Assembly: GCA_022711315.1 (NCBI GenBank)
Contig: JAKLFG010000001.1
Location: 15,886 to 79,885 of the forward strand
Length of the DNA: 64,000 nucleotides
Direction of reading: 5' to 3'
Origin: a bacterium
GTDB lineage: Bacteria; UBP6; UBA1177; JAKLFG01
Under the pieces are notes generated by a model. That model made no database searches, was not told the origin of the DNA, and was given only the letters and a program-made list of their open reading frames with translations. Position 1 is the stretch's first letter, and each line of letters starts with the position of its first letter. Both the position numbers and the translations under genes were made by a program. Positions 37,891 through 47,748 of this stretch are shown here, one piece after another.

Positions 37891-38724
37891 TTACGGTACA
37901 TAATGAACGATCCTGCCGGCGACGAGCGCGTCGTCCTCCCGGTGCGGGTCAAACAGATATTCGGCGGCGAACAGGCTCCGCTCGCGCAGTTTCTCGGCCG
38001 ACTCGAAGAAGATCCGACCGCGACGACGCAACAGTGTGTCATCCCCAGCGAGATCGCCGATCACGACGCGGGCGATGCGACGACCGGGGAACTCGCATTC
38101 GAGCGAGAAGCCGTCGAACACATCGTACGCGATGCTCCGCAGACGGCAGATGTCGGCACGGGGCCGCCACTCCTCGGCGACCGAAAGCGCCTGCCGGATG
38201 ACGCCGCGGGTGCGGCCCGCATCCACCTCGTCCTCAATGAACAGGAGCGGCAGCGCCTCGCGACCTTCGCACGGGAACGCCTTTTTGAATACCGCCCCCT
38301 CGGCGTCGGCGAACCATATGCTGTAGAGCCGCTCGCCGCGCTCGCCGCTCGCCTCCGGCCGGTTGACCACGATGGCGGGCTGGTACTCGGTGACCGCGAT
38401 ATGGACGCGGTCGGGGAACCGCGCGGAGACCGCGCATTCCTTTATCCAGCCGTTCGAACGGATGAAGAGCCCTATCCGGTGCTCGTCGAGATCGAACCAC
38501 CGGACGCGACGGTCGAGCCCCGCCAGAAGCAGTATCTCCTCGCGGCTGAGCCGCGCCGCGCCGGTCACCTCGACCTTCTCGGGCGTCACCGCGAAGAACT
38601 CGCTGTCATAGATCGCGAACGACAGGCGGCCACCGTACACGAACAGGGCCGAGAATACCCCGACGGCGACCCACACGAAGAGCGCGAAGAAAAGCGCCGT
38701 CGCTATCCGTGCCAACCGTTTCAT
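37891..38724 (-). CDS. ftsQ: Cell division protein FtsQ (POTRA)
   Basis: N-terminal TM helix, a POTRA-like region (VEVTGAARLSREEILLLAGL), and position between ddl and ftsA. Confidence 0.85.
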   Translation of the reverse strand: MKRLARIATALFFALFVWVAVGVFSALFVYGGRLSFAIYDSEFFAVTPEKVEVTGAARLSREEILLLAGLDRRVRWFDLDEHRIGLFIRSNGWIKECAVSARFPDRVHIAVTEYQPAIVVNRPEASGERGERLYSIWFADAEGAVFKKAFPCEGREALPLLFIEDEVDAGRTRGVIRQALSVAEEWRPRADICRLRSIAYDVFDGFSLECEFPGRRIARVVIGDLAGDDTLLRRRGRIFFESAEKLRERSLFAAEYLFDPHREDDALVAGRIVHYVP

Positions 38725-39623
38725 GCCGCGAGCGCCTCCGCGAGCAGTCGTTCGATGAGTCCCAGATAGTCGATGCCGCGTTTCGCCGCCGCCATGGGGA
38801 CGAGCGAATGGCCCGTCATGCCGGGGTGGGTGTTGATCTCGAGCATGATGTGACGATCCGGCGCCACGATGAAGTCGCTACGGGTCGCCCCGCGGCATCC
38901 GAGCGTCCGGTGGAGTTCGAGCGCCGCGCGCCGCATCGCATCGCGCATCGCCGGGTCATAGTCGGGATCGGGGATGTAGCGGGTATTCTCGTCCTTGTAT
39001 TTCGCCTCGTAGTCATAGAACTCCTTCGCCGGGACGATCTCGACATCGCCGAGCACCGCGTCGCCGAGGACCGCCACCGTTATCTCGCGCCCCTTCACAT
39101 ACTCCTCGACGAGCATCCGCTTGCCGGCGCTCTGCGTGAGAGCGTCGCGCCACTCCGTTCCGTCGCGGACGATGAATACGCCGTGACTCGAACCGTTCAG
39201 CGGGTCCTTGAACACGAAGGGATAGTGCATCGGCGCCGCGAGTCCCGGCGCGGCCGTCACGACCATGTCGGCGGCGAGCGGGATGCCGAGCGTGCGGGCC
39301 ACCCGCTTGGTCAGTATCTTGTCCATCGCGACCGCCGACGCGGTGACGCCCGATCCGGTGTACGGGATGCCGATGATGTCGAGCAATCCGGGGAGACGAC
39401 CGTCCTCGCCATAGGCGCCGTGGAGGGCGTTGAACACCACCTCGGGGCGAAGATCGCGCAGGACCACATCGATGTCGCGCCCCATGTCGACCGGCGTCAC
39501 GGCGGTATAGCCGCCCTGCACCAGCGCATCTTTCACCCGCGTTCCCGAATCGAGACTGACCTCGCGCTCCGGCGACAGGCCGCCCATCACGACCGCGATG
39601 CGGGTGTATCTCGTCAGTATCAT
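38721..39623 (-). CDS. ddl: D-alanine--D-alanine ligase
   Basis: ATP-grasp Ddl features (GGLSPEREVSL, HGAYGEDG, NTHPGMT). It overlaps ftsQ by 4 nt. Confidence 0.94.
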   Translation of the reverse strand: MILTRYTRIAVVMGGLSPEREVSLDSGTRVKDALVQGGYTAVTPVDMGRDIDVVLRDLRPEVVFNALHGAYGEDGRLPGLLDIIGIPYTGSGVTASAVAMDKILTKRVARTLGIPLAADMVVTAAPGLAAPMHYPFVFKDPLNGSSHGVFIVRDGTEWRDALTQSAGKRMLVEEYVKGREITVAVLGDAVLGDVEIVPAKEFYDYEAKYKDENTRYIPDPDYDPAMRDAMRRAALELHRTLGCRGATRSDFIVAPDRHIMLEINTHPGMTGHSLVPMAAAKRGIDYLGLIERLLAEALAA

Positions 39624-39635
39624 GCCGTCACTCCC

Positions 39636-40478
39636 TCATTCCCAGAACTTCACTTCCGGCTCCAGCCGGACACCATGCGTCTTTTTGACCCGCGCGGTCG
39701 CCTCGTCACGCAAAGCGACGAAATCAGCATAGGCGGCGTTGCCTCGGTTTATCACGATGTTCGCGTGTTTTTCGTACAGCGCCGCGTCACCGACCGCGAG
39801 CCCTTTGCACCCCGCCGTTTCGAGCAGTTCGCCCGCCGAAGCGCCTTCCGGGTTCTTGAAGAGCGAGCCGGCCGACGGGTACGGTATCGCGAGCCGCTTT
39901 TTCTGGAACGCCTTCACGCGGGTCCGCACCTTCGCGGCGGTATCCTTCGCCAGCACGAGTTCGGCGGCGAGCAGGATGTAGGGCGGCTCCGGCATGTCGA
40001 GAATGCGGCGGTAGTCGAAGCGCGGCGTCGCCGTCAGCACGCTCCCCTCCTTGACATAGATGACCTTCCGGACGACGCCGTCCCACGAATGCCCTTTCGG
40101 CGCGGCGTTGCCGACGATGGCGCCGCCGACGGTGCCCGGTATGCCCGCCATGAACTCGAGCCCCGACAGACCGTTCGCGACGAGGTAGTCGATGAGCGGT
40201 CCGATGCGGGTCCACGCCGGCATCGAGACGGCGACCTGCCGCCGGTCTATGTCCTCGGTGACGCTGCGCCCTTCGAGGAGCGCGAGCGTGACGACCGGCT
40301 TTCGCACCGTGCCCGCAATGATGTTCGAGCCGCCGCCGAGCAGATGATGGTCCCGTTCGAGCACCGTGAAGCGGACGAGATCGTCCACCGATTCGGGGAA
40401 ATAGAGGTCGCATACCGCGTCCCGGGGCCGTATCGTGAGGAAACGACTGAGCGGGGCGCGCTGTTTGAGTTTCATCAC
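39636..40478 (-). CDS. murB: UDP-N-acetylenolpyruvoylglucosamine reductase
   Basis: FAD-binding region GGGSNII and GIPGTVGGA. C-terminal MurB domain (SAGSLFKNP). Confidence 0.92.
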   Translation of the reverse strand: MMKLKQRAPLSRFLTIRPRDAVCDLYFPESVDDLVRFTVLERDHHLLGGGSNIIAGTVRKPVVTLALLEGRSVTEDIDRRQVAVSMPAWTRIGPLIDYLVANGLSGLEFMAGIPGTVGGAIVGNAAPKGHSWDGVVRKVIYVKEGSVLTATPRFDYRRILDMPEPPYILLAAELVLAKDTAAKVRTRVKAFQKKRLAIPYPSAGSLFKNPEGASAGELLETAGCKGLAVGDAALYEKHANIVINRGNAAYADFVALRDEATARVKKTHGVRLEPEVKFWE

Positions 40479-41824
40479 TCCTCCAGCATCCCGAAGATGT
40501 CGTTCACATCGCCCGCGCCGACCGTGATGATCGCGCGGACCCAGTCGAAATTGTGCGCCGATATGGTCACCGCCGCCTCGCCGAGCGTGTCGGCGTAGTG
40601 GATAGACCGCATCCCTTTCTGTTTCAGCAGGTCGTACAGTTCGCGCGACCCCTTCGCGCCGCGCGGTTCCCCGGCGCCGTACACCGGCAGGATGAGCAGG
40701 GCGGGGGCCGCCTCCAGCACCTTCGCGAACTCGCCCATGAAGCGGTCGAACCGGGTATGGCGGTGCGGCTGGAACACGATCAGGTAGCGACCGAACTCGA
40801 CCGAAGCGCGGTCAATGAGCGCCTGCACCTCGGAGGGGTGGTGCGCGTAGTCGTCTATGAGCGCAAGGCCGCGGAACGAACCTTTCCGCTCGAAACGCCG
40901 CTCCACCGGCGGCACGGTGTCCCAGAAATCGAGCGGCACCGGCTCGGGCCGCCGCCCGATATCGCGCAGGTGGCTATAGGCGGCGAGCAGCGCCGCAGCC
41001 CGGTTCTGTATCACATAGGCCGGTTCTCTCGCCGTGCCGAGATCGCTCGGGACCCCGTGAAAATCGAGCGTCCAGTTACCGCCGTCGCACAGGAACCGGC
41101 AGTCGCGCCCCCCGCGCACCTCCCGCTTCGCCGCTATCTCCGCGCGGGTCGGGAAGGTGAGCCCGCCGAACTCCTCGAACAGACGGTCGCTGACCGGATA
41201 GCCGCGCCCGATGACAAAGCGACGATGGCCGATGAGGGCGAGGTGACTGCGGAACCGGCGGAGCATCTCCTGCTCGGTCCCGTAATATTCGGCATGCTCC
41301 AGTTCGAGGTTGGTGATGACGAGCGTCTGGGGCCGTATGTTGAATATAGAACCGTCGCTTTCGTCGAGTTCGACCACCCACGGATCGCCCGCGACGACGC
41401 TGCTCGTCCCCTGCGACTTGCCGCCGCTGTAGAGCGACGCGGGAACGACGAAGCGGCGCAGGAGCCGGCCGGTCAGCCACGCGGTGCTCGTCTTGCCGTG
41501 CGCACCGGCGATGCCGATGACCGTGCGGCCTTCGAGTATCTTCGCGAGAAGATCGCCCCGCCGCACGACCGGTATCCCCTTCATGCGGGCCGCCATGACC
41601 TCCATATGCCCGTCGGGCACCGCCGAGGAACAGACCAGCAGATCGACACCCGCCAGGTGCGCCTGATCGTGGCCGATCGTCACCGGTATCCCCTGTCGTT
41701 CCAACATATCGAAATAACCGGTCCGGTGCTGGTCGCACCCGCTCACGAGATGCCCCATCGATCGCGCGATGAGCATCAGCCCGCTCACCCCGCTCCCGCC
41801 TGCTCCCATGAAGTGGAGGTGCAT
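40475..41824 (-). CDS. murC: UDP-N-acetylmuramate--L-alanine ligase
   Basis: MHLHFMGAGGSGVSGLM and GAHGKTST. The real ATG at 41824 abuts the murG stop. The ORF-track extension to 42139 was rejected. Confidence 0.93.
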   Translation of the reverse strand: MHLHFMGAGGSGVSGLMLIARSMGHLVSGCDQHRTGYFDMLERQGIPVTIGHDQAHLAGVDLLVCSSAVPDGHMEVMAARMKGIPVVRRGDLLAKILEGRTVIGIAGAHGKTSTAWLTGRLLRRFVVPASLYSGGKSQGTSSVVAGDPWVVELDESDGSIFNIRPQTLVITNLELEHAEYYGTEQEMLRRFRSHLALIGHRRFVIGRGYPVSDRLFEEFGGLTFPTRAEIAAKREVRGGRDCRFLCDGGNWTLDFHGVPSDLGTAREPAYVIQNRAAALLAAYSHLRDIGRRPEPVPLDFWDTVPPVERRFERKGSFRGLALIDDYAHHPSEVQALIDRASVEFGRYLIVFQPHRHTRFDRFMGEFAKVLEAAPALLILPVYGAGEPRGAKGSRELYDLLKQKGMRSIHYADTLGEAAVTISAHNFDWVRAIITVGAGDVNDIFGMLEE

Positions 41825-42924
41825 CACGCGCCTCCTGCCATCGCCGGCGCGAGTATCTCGTCGGCGATGCGGCGATCGGCCCGTTCGCCCGGCAGTTCCG
41901 CCGCCATGCGCCGGGACCATTCCTCGCGGCGTCCGGCGAGTTCCTTCAGCGCCGCGAGCAGTCGTTCCGCCCGCTCCTCGACCGGCCCAGCGTCCTCTAT
42001 CAGCGCGCCACCGCCCCGTTCGGTCACGAAGCGGGCGTTGTGGTACTGGTGGTTGTCGGCGGCGAAGGGGAACGGGACATAGACCGCCGGTTTCCGGAGC
42101 GCCGCGAGTTCCGCTATCGTCGTGGCCCCGGCACGGCACACGATGGCCGCCGCCGCCCGGTACACCGCACCGACATCGTGCACGAACGGGACCGCCTCGG
42201 CGGCGATCCCGGACTCGGCGTAGACGCGACGCACCGCATCGAGATCCTGCGCGCCGGTCTGATGGAACACGAAATAGCCCCCGAGGGCGCCGGGGTGTAC
42301 GCGGGCGAGGTGCATCAGCATCTCGTTGAGCGAGTGCGCCCCCTGCGAGCCGCCGAACACGGCGAGCACCTTCCGGCCATCGCCGAGATCGCGCGACGCC
42401 CCCTCAATGACCTCGCGCCGCACCGGGTTGCCGGTCAACACGGCGCGCGTCGGGGGAAAAACACCCCGGATATCGGGAAAACTGAGGAATATGCGGTCGG
42501 CGAAACGGCCGACGATACGGTTGGTGATGCCGGGGACGGTGTTCTGCTCCATCACGAAGACCCGGCGGCCGCTCAGACGCGCCGCGAGCGCGACCGGTCC
42601 GGCCGCGAAACCACCGAGCGACACCACCGCGCCGGCGCGACGCCGGCGGATGATGAGCCACGACCGCAAAAGCGCGAAGGGCAGGACCGCGAGGTTCCGG
42701 AGCGTATCGAAGAGCCCCTTGCCCTTGAGTCCGCCGGCGCGGATGATGTCGAGTTCGAAACCGCGCGCGGGCAGTTCCTTTTCCTCCAATCCGCCACGGG
42801 TGCCGACGAAGGCGACCGGGACGCCGCGCGACCGCAACTCCTCGGCGACGGCGATGCCGGGGAACAGGTGCCCGCCCGTCTTGCCGCCCGCGATCAGTAC
42901 CGTCATGCCGTTCCGTCCGTTCAT
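41824..42924 (-). CDS. murG: UDP-GlcNAc:lipid I GlcNAc transferase
   Basis: IAGGKTGGHLFPGIAVAEEL. The start could be either ATG 42924 or 42906; 42963 would overlap ftsW. Confidence 0.92.
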   Translation of the reverse strand: MNGRNGMTVLIAGGKTGGHLFPGIAVAEELRSRGVPVAFVGTRGGLEEKELPARGFELDIIRAGGLKGKGLFDTLRNLAVLPFALLRSWLIIRRRRAGAVVSLGGFAAGPVALAARLSGRRVFVMEQNTVPGITNRIVGRFADRIFLSFPDIRGVFPPTRAVLTGNPVRREVIEGASRDLGDGRKVLAVFGGSQGAHSLNEMLMHLARVHPGALGGYFVFHQTGAQDLDAVRRVYAESGIAAEAVPFVHDVGAVYRAAAAIVCRAGATTIAELAALRKPAVYVPFPFAADNHQYHNARFVTERGGGALIEDAGPVEERAERLLAALKELAGRREEWSRRMAAELPGERADRRIADEILAPAMAGGA

Positions 42925-42931
42925 CGCGTAC

Positions 42932-44014
42932 TCAGTACCCCCGTCCCTCGCTGACCACCACATTGAGCAGGAACCCCACCATCAGCGACGAGACGATCAG
43001 GGAACTCCCCCCGTAACTGATGAAGGGAAGCGGCACACCCTTGTTGGGGAGCGTCGAAGTGACCACCCCGAGGTTGATGGCCGCCTGTATCCCGAGCATG
43101 AGCACGATACCTGCGGTGAGGTAGAAGGAAAAGGGATCGTAGCGGGACAGAACGAAGTAGCCGCCGAGCAGAAAAAAAGCGAGGAAGGCGCCGATGACCG
43201 CGGCGGAACCGACGAAACCGAACTCCTCGCCGATGATCGCGAAGATGAAGTCGGTCGACGCCTCGGGGAGGTAGCGCAATTTCCGCTGGCTGTTGCCGAA
43301 CCCGACCCCCGTCATGCCGCCGCGACCGAGCGCGACCTCCGACTGCACCTGCTGGTACCCCTGCGCCTGCTTGTATTTCCACGGGTCCTGCCAGACCCTG
43401 AGCCGCTCGATCCGGTACGGTTTCATGAGGATAAGCACCGTCACGACGAGCAGCGCGAACGAGAGGAGGACCGCGAAGTATTTGACCCGCATACCGCCCA
43501 TGAGCATCAGGACGAGCGAGGTCGCGAAGATGATGAGCGCCGTGCCGAGGTCCTCGACCGCTATCACGAGCACGATGGCCGATACGAGACTGAACGGATA
43601 GATGACCTCCTTCAAGAGCCCGAGCCGGTCCCGCTTGTTGCAGATGACCCCGGCGAGATAGAATATCACGACGAGTTTGGCGAACTCGGAGGGCTGCACC
43701 ATCATGAAGTGCAGATTTATCCACCGTTTCGCGCCGTTCACCTCGGTGCCGATGACGAAGGTGGCAAGCAGCAGGAGGATGATGAACAGGAGCAGGTATT
43801 TTATCGAACCGCGGATGATGTCGACATTCACGAGATAGGCGGCGATGAAGGCGATCGCCGCGATGATCAGATTGACCGCCTGCGACCGGAATATCGAGAA
43901 CACCTGTGCGTCGGGCCGGTCGACGACGAACACCTTGATGTTGAACACCATCACCATGCCGAAGAGCACCAAAAGGAAAAAAAGCCCGAAATAGGACCGG
44001 ACCGCCTGCGACAT
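42932..44014 (-). CDS. ftsW: SEDS-family cell division protein FtsW
   Basis: A polytopic SEDS protein (...GVPLPFISYGGSS...) in dcw position. Confidence 0.92.
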   Translation of the reverse strand: MSQAVRSYFGLFFLLVLFGMVMVFNIKVFVVDRPDAQVFSIFRSQAVNLIIAAIAFIAAYLVNVDIIRGSIKYLLLFIILLLLATFVIGTEVNGAKRWINLHFMMVQPSEFAKLVVIFYLAGVICNKRDRLGLLKEVIYPFSLVSAIVLVIAVEDLGTALIIFATSLVLMLMGGMRVKYFAVLLSFALLVVTVLILMKPYRIERLRVWQDPWKYKQAQGYQQVQSEVALGRGGMTGVGFGNSQRKLRYLPEASTDFIFAIIGEEFGFVGSAAVIGAFLAFFLLGGYFVLSRYDPFSFYLTAGIVLMLGIQAAINLGVVTSTLPNKGVPLPFISYGGSSLIVSSLMVGFLLNVVVSEGRGY

Positions 44015-44017
44015 CGC

Positions 44018-45322
44018 CTACTTCCCCTCTTCGCTCTTCAGTATCTTCACCACGCGGACGAAATCCTTGCCGCGCTCCTTGTAGTTCGCGTACCAGTCGA
44101 AACTGGCGCAGGCGGGGGAGAGCAGCACCGTCCCGTTCCCCGCCGCGAGCCGGTGGGCCTTTCGCACCGCGTCCTCCATCGAGCCGGCCGTTTCAAGCGG
44201 AAGGAAGCCCTCGAAATAGGGCAGTATCCGCGGGGTCGCGTCGCCTATCACGACCACCCCTTTGCATTTGCGGTCGGCCAGTTCGCGCACCGACCGGTAG
44301 CCCCCTCCCTTATCAACTCCGCCCAACAACAGCACCACCGACCGGTCGGGGAACCCGGCGAGCGACCGTTCCACCGCGCCGATGTTGGTCCCCTTCGAAT
44401 CATCCACGAAATCGACGCCGCCGACCCGCGCGACGAACGCCATGCGGTGGGGAAGCGGTTTGAAATCGTATATCGCGTCGGCCATCCGGGCGGGTTCATT
44501 CAGGAACGGTGCCGCCGCGAGCATCGCCGCCATCACATTCTCGATGTTGTGTTCGCCCCGCAGGCGGGTGTCGTCCATGATCACCGACACGCCGCGGTAG
44601 GAAACGGCGCGACCGTCCCACACCGCGTCACTGCGTCCGACCGCAGAGAAAAGCGATGTCCGCCGCGGTATCGGGGCGACCGCCGCGCAGAGCGGCTCGT
44701 CGGCGCCGTTCAGTATGACGATCCCGTCCTCTTTCGCGAGCCGGGCCAGATGCACCTTGGTGAACAGGTACTCCTCGTAGTCGCGGTAGCGATCGAGGTG
44801 ATCGGGGCTCACATTGAGTATCAGCGCGGCGTCGGGGTGCATCGCGGACAGCGTTTCCAGTTGGAAACTCGATACCTCGACGACGAGGAACTCGTATCCC
44901 TTTTCGACGAACGATATGAGCGGCGCTCCGATGTTGCCGGTGAGCGCGCTTTTGCGCCCGTCCTTCAGAAGCATCTCGTGTATCAGCGTCACGGTCGTGC
45001 TCTTGCCGTTCGTGCCGGTCACCGCGATGACCTTCTCGTCCCTGATGAAACGCGCCGCGACCTCCATCTCTCCCGCGATATCGACGCCGCGCGCCGCCGC
45101 CACCGCGACGAGCGGGTGTTCGCGCGGCACGCCGGGGCTGATGACGAGCAGGTCGAGTCGATCGGGAAGCGCCGCGCCGTCCAGCGTCGCGAAGCCCTTC
45201 CCCGCCTCGGCCAGTTTCGCCGCGTTGTCGTCGTGCACGACGATCTCCCACTTCTTCGCCGCGAGGAACTTCGCCGTCTCGATGCCCGATACGCCGAGTC
45301 CCAGTATGAGCGCCTTTTTCAT
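44018..45322 (-). CDS. murD: UDP-N-acetylmuramoylalanine--D-glutamate ligase
   Basis: GLGVSGIETAKFL and GTNGKSTT. Confidence 0.94.
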   Translation of the reverse strand: MKKALILGLGVSGIETAKFLAAKKWEIVVHDDNAAKLAEAGKGFATLDGAALPDRLDLLVISPGVPREHPLVAVAAARGVDIAGEMEVAARFIRDEKVIAVTGTNGKSTTVTLIHEMLLKDGRKSALTGNIGAPLISFVEKGYEFLVVEVSSFQLETLSAMHPDAALILNVSPDHLDRYRDYEEYLFTKVHLARLAKEDGIVILNGADEPLCAAVAPIPRRTSLFSAVGRSDAVWDGRAVSYRGVSVIMDDTRLRGEHNIENVMAAMLAAAPFLNEPARMADAIYDFKPLPHRMAFVARVGGVDFVDDSKGTNIGAVERSLAGFPDRSVVLLLGGVDKGGGYRSVRELADRKCKGVVVIGDATPRILPYFEGFLPLETAGSMEDAVRKAHRLAAGNGTVLLSPACASFDWYANYKERGKDFVRVVKILKSEEGK

Positions 45323-45326
45323 GTCG

Positions 45327-46409
45327 TCACCGCACCTTGATCATCGCGATGGAAAAAAGAGCGAGCAGAATGGAAAGTATCCAGAAGCGGACGATGAGTT
45401 TCGGCTCGTTGGCTCCCTTGCCGAGTTCGAAGTGGTGGTGTATCGGCGCCATGCGGAAGACACGGCGCCCCGTCGTTTTGAAGAACGAGACCTGCACGAT
45501 GACCGAGAGCGCCTCGACGACGAACAGCCCGTTGAAGATGAGCGACAGCAGTTCGGTCTTGGTGATGACCGTGAAGGCGCCGATCATCCCGCCGAGCGCG
45601 AGCGCCCCGGTGTCGCCCATGAAGATGCTGGCGGGATAACTGTTGAACCAGAGGAACGCGAGCGACGCACCGATGGTGGCGCCGCCGATGACCGCAAGTT
45701 CCCCCGCGCCGCGAACGAGCGGCAGGTGCAGATAGGCGGCGAACTCGGCGTGACCGACGAGATACACGACGACGGCGAGCAGCGTCATCGACACGACCGT
45801 CGGCACCGTCGCGAGACCGTCCATGCCGTCGGTCAGGTTGAGCGCGTTGCTCGTCGCGACGATGACGAGCGCGCCGAACGGGACATAGCCCCAGCCGATG
45901 TCGAACATAAGGTTCTTGAACACCGGCACCACGAGCAGGGACGAGAACCCTTCGTGGAGGTACACGAGTACCATGAATATCGTGGCGAACAGTATCTGGA
46001 GCAGGAATTTCCAGCGCGAGGCGAGCCCTTTCGGGTTGTGCTTCGAGACCTTCAGCCAGTCGTCGAGGAACCCGATGAGCCCGAACAGTACGATGAGGAG
46101 CGACATCGCCTGCACCCAGAAGTTACCGATAAAATCGGTCCACAGGAGCGCGTTGACCAGTATCGAGAAGAGGATGATGACGCCGCCCATCGCCGGGGTC
46201 CCCGCTTTGGCGAGATGCGCCTGCGGTCCGTCGTCGCGTATCGCCTGTTCCATATGCCCCCCCTTGAGGTAGGCGATGAAACGCGGATAGAGCAGGAGCG
46301 AAAGACCGAACCCGGTGAAGACCGCCATGAAGGTACGGAAGGTGAGGTAACTGACCACATGGAACTGCGGGAACGATGCTATGATCAGATCCTTGAGATA
46401 GATGAGCAT
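45327..46409 (-). CDS. mraY: Phospho-N-acetylmuramoyl-pentapeptide transferase
   Basis: Polytopic, with NALNLTDGMDGLA and MGDTGALALGG. Confidence 0.95.
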   Translation of the reverse strand: MLIYLKDLIIASFPQFHVVSYLTFRTFMAVFTGFGLSLLLYPRFIAYLKGGHMEQAIRDDGPQAHLAKAGTPAMGGVIILFSILVNALLWTDFIGNFWVQAMSLLIVLFGLIGFLDDWLKVSKHNPKGLASRWKFLLQILFATIFMVLVYLHEGFSSLLVVPVFKNLMFDIGWGYVPFGALVIVATSNALNLTDGMDGLATVPTVVSMTLLAVVVYLVGHAEFAAYLHLPLVRGAGELAVIGGATIGASLAFLWFNSYPASIFMGDTGALALGGMIGAFTVITKTELLSLIFNGLFVVEALSVIVQVSFFKTTGRRVFRMAPIHHHFELGKGANEPKLIVRFWILSILLALFSIAMIKVR

Positions 46410-46410
46410 G

Positions 46411-47748
46411 CTACCGGCCTCCTACGGGTTCGAATATCGTTTCCAGATGGTTGCGCCGTGACCCTTTGACGAGGAACAGCCCGTGCGGCGGCAAAGCGGC
46501 GGCAAGTTCCTTATTAGAGTGGAATAAGAGAAACCTTTTGTCTTCGATAAATTCATCGGCGATCTTTTCGAACTCCTCGCCCATCAAAAAAGTCTTATCA
46601 ATGACTGTAAGAGTTTTTATCTTTTTTACAAGTTCTCGGTGAAAATTCTCTGAAAAATTACCTAGTTCAGCCATATCGCCCAGAACGAGATACCGGCCGC
46701 GCCGAGCGCCGCCATCACCCCGCATGATGAAATTCTCTATTGATCTCAACATGCTATCGGGATTCGCGTTATAGCAGTCGGCAATAAATATCTGTTCGCC
46801 GCGCACGACCCGTTCGCCGCGATACGGCGGCAGAGCGAGGTCATCGAAGACCGCGAAAAGCGGCACAGGCGACGCGACATACGGCAGGGTGAGTGCGGCG
46901 GCGGCGGCGAAGTTCTGCACCATGTAGTCGGGCAGGTCCGGGAGCGGCGCCGCGTACTCCGAACCTTCCCAACGCAGGACCATGTGCCCGTCACCGGCAT
47001 CGCGCACCGTAAGGTCGGCCACGCGTCCCGTTGCGGAATAGGTCGTCACGGGCCGTTCGGGATGGGCCGCGAGCCACCGCGCGATGTAAGGATCGTCGAT
47101 ATCGGCGACGACCCGGCCACGCGAATGATCGAAGATCTCGAGTTTCGCCGCGGCGAGATCGTCGCGCGACGCGAAGTTGCCGATGTGGGCGAAGCCGATG
47201 TTGGTGATGAGCGCCGCGTCGGGATCGGCCGCCGCGCAGAGGTGGGCTATCTCGCCGGCATGATTCATCCCCATCTCGAGCACGATGAATTCGGGGTCCT
47301 CCGGCGCGTTGAGCAGCGTCAAAGGCAGGCCGAGGTGATTATTGAGATTGCCGCTCGTCCCGTGGACGCTCTTCCCCGAAAGGGCGAGCATCCGCGTCGC
47401 GAACTGGCGTGTCGTTGTCTTGCCCGACGAACCGGTGATCGCGACCACCTTCGCCGGAAGCGTGTCGCGCCTGAGTCGCGCCAGCACCGCGAGGAACCGC
47501 GTCACATCGGCGACCTGCGCGTAGTTCGCGCTCTTCAGCGGATCGCTCCCCACGCAGAGAACGCCCTTTGCGCAAAGCGCCGCGACGAACGCGTGGCCGT
47601 CGACCTTCTCCCCCTTGAAGGCGCAGAAGATGTCGCCGGGCCGCGCCGTGCGGCTGTCCAGCGTGACGGCACGGAAGTTCCCGGCCGCGGCCCGTCCGGA
47701 CGAGCCGCACCGCGCGAGCGCCTCGTTGATCATGGTATGGGTCAGCAT
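46411..47748 (-). CDS. murF: UDP-MurNAc-tripeptide--D-alanyl-D-alanine ligase
   Basis: ITGSSGKTTT plus Mur ligase middle and C-terminal domains. Confidence 0.93.
   Translation of the reverse strand: MLTHTMINEALARCGSSGRAAAGNFRAVTLDSRTARPGDIFCAFKGEKVDGHAFVAALCAKGVLCVGSDPLKSANYAQVADVTRFLAVLARLRRDTLPAKVVAITGSSGKTTTRQFATRMLALSGKSVHGTSGNLNNHLGLPLTLLNAPEDPEFIVLEMGMNHAGEIAHLCAAADPDAALITNIGFAHIGNFASRDDLAAAKLEIFDHSRGRVVADIDDPYIARWLAAHPERPVTTYSATGRVADLTVRDAGDGHMVLRWEGSEYAAPLPDLPDYMVQNFAAAAALTLPYVASPVPLFAVFDDLALPPYRGERVVRGEQIFIADCYNANPDSMLRSIENFIMRGDGGARRGRYLVLGDMAELGNFSENFHRELVKKIKTLTVIDKTFLMGEEFEKIADEFIEDKRFLLFHSNKELAAALPPHGLFLVKGSRRNHLETIFEPVGGR

Noticed and set aside
42326-45340. A 1004-aa plus-strand ORF, and similar giants at 10810..12786, 13482..15767, 26164..29097, 36736..38769, 38709..40598, 40553..42082, 44814..46469 and 50060..51613 on the plus strand, plus 16388..17692, 55041..56129 and 57833..59206 on the minus strand.
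   Set aside because: Each lies antisense to a gene with unmistakable family motifs (FtsH, kinase, Mur ligases, FtsW, MraY, FtsI, PurH and others). Their translations are Arg/Gly/Ala/Pro/Asp/His-rich low-complexity sequence with no motifs. Stop-free antisense frames are expected at ~65% G+C.
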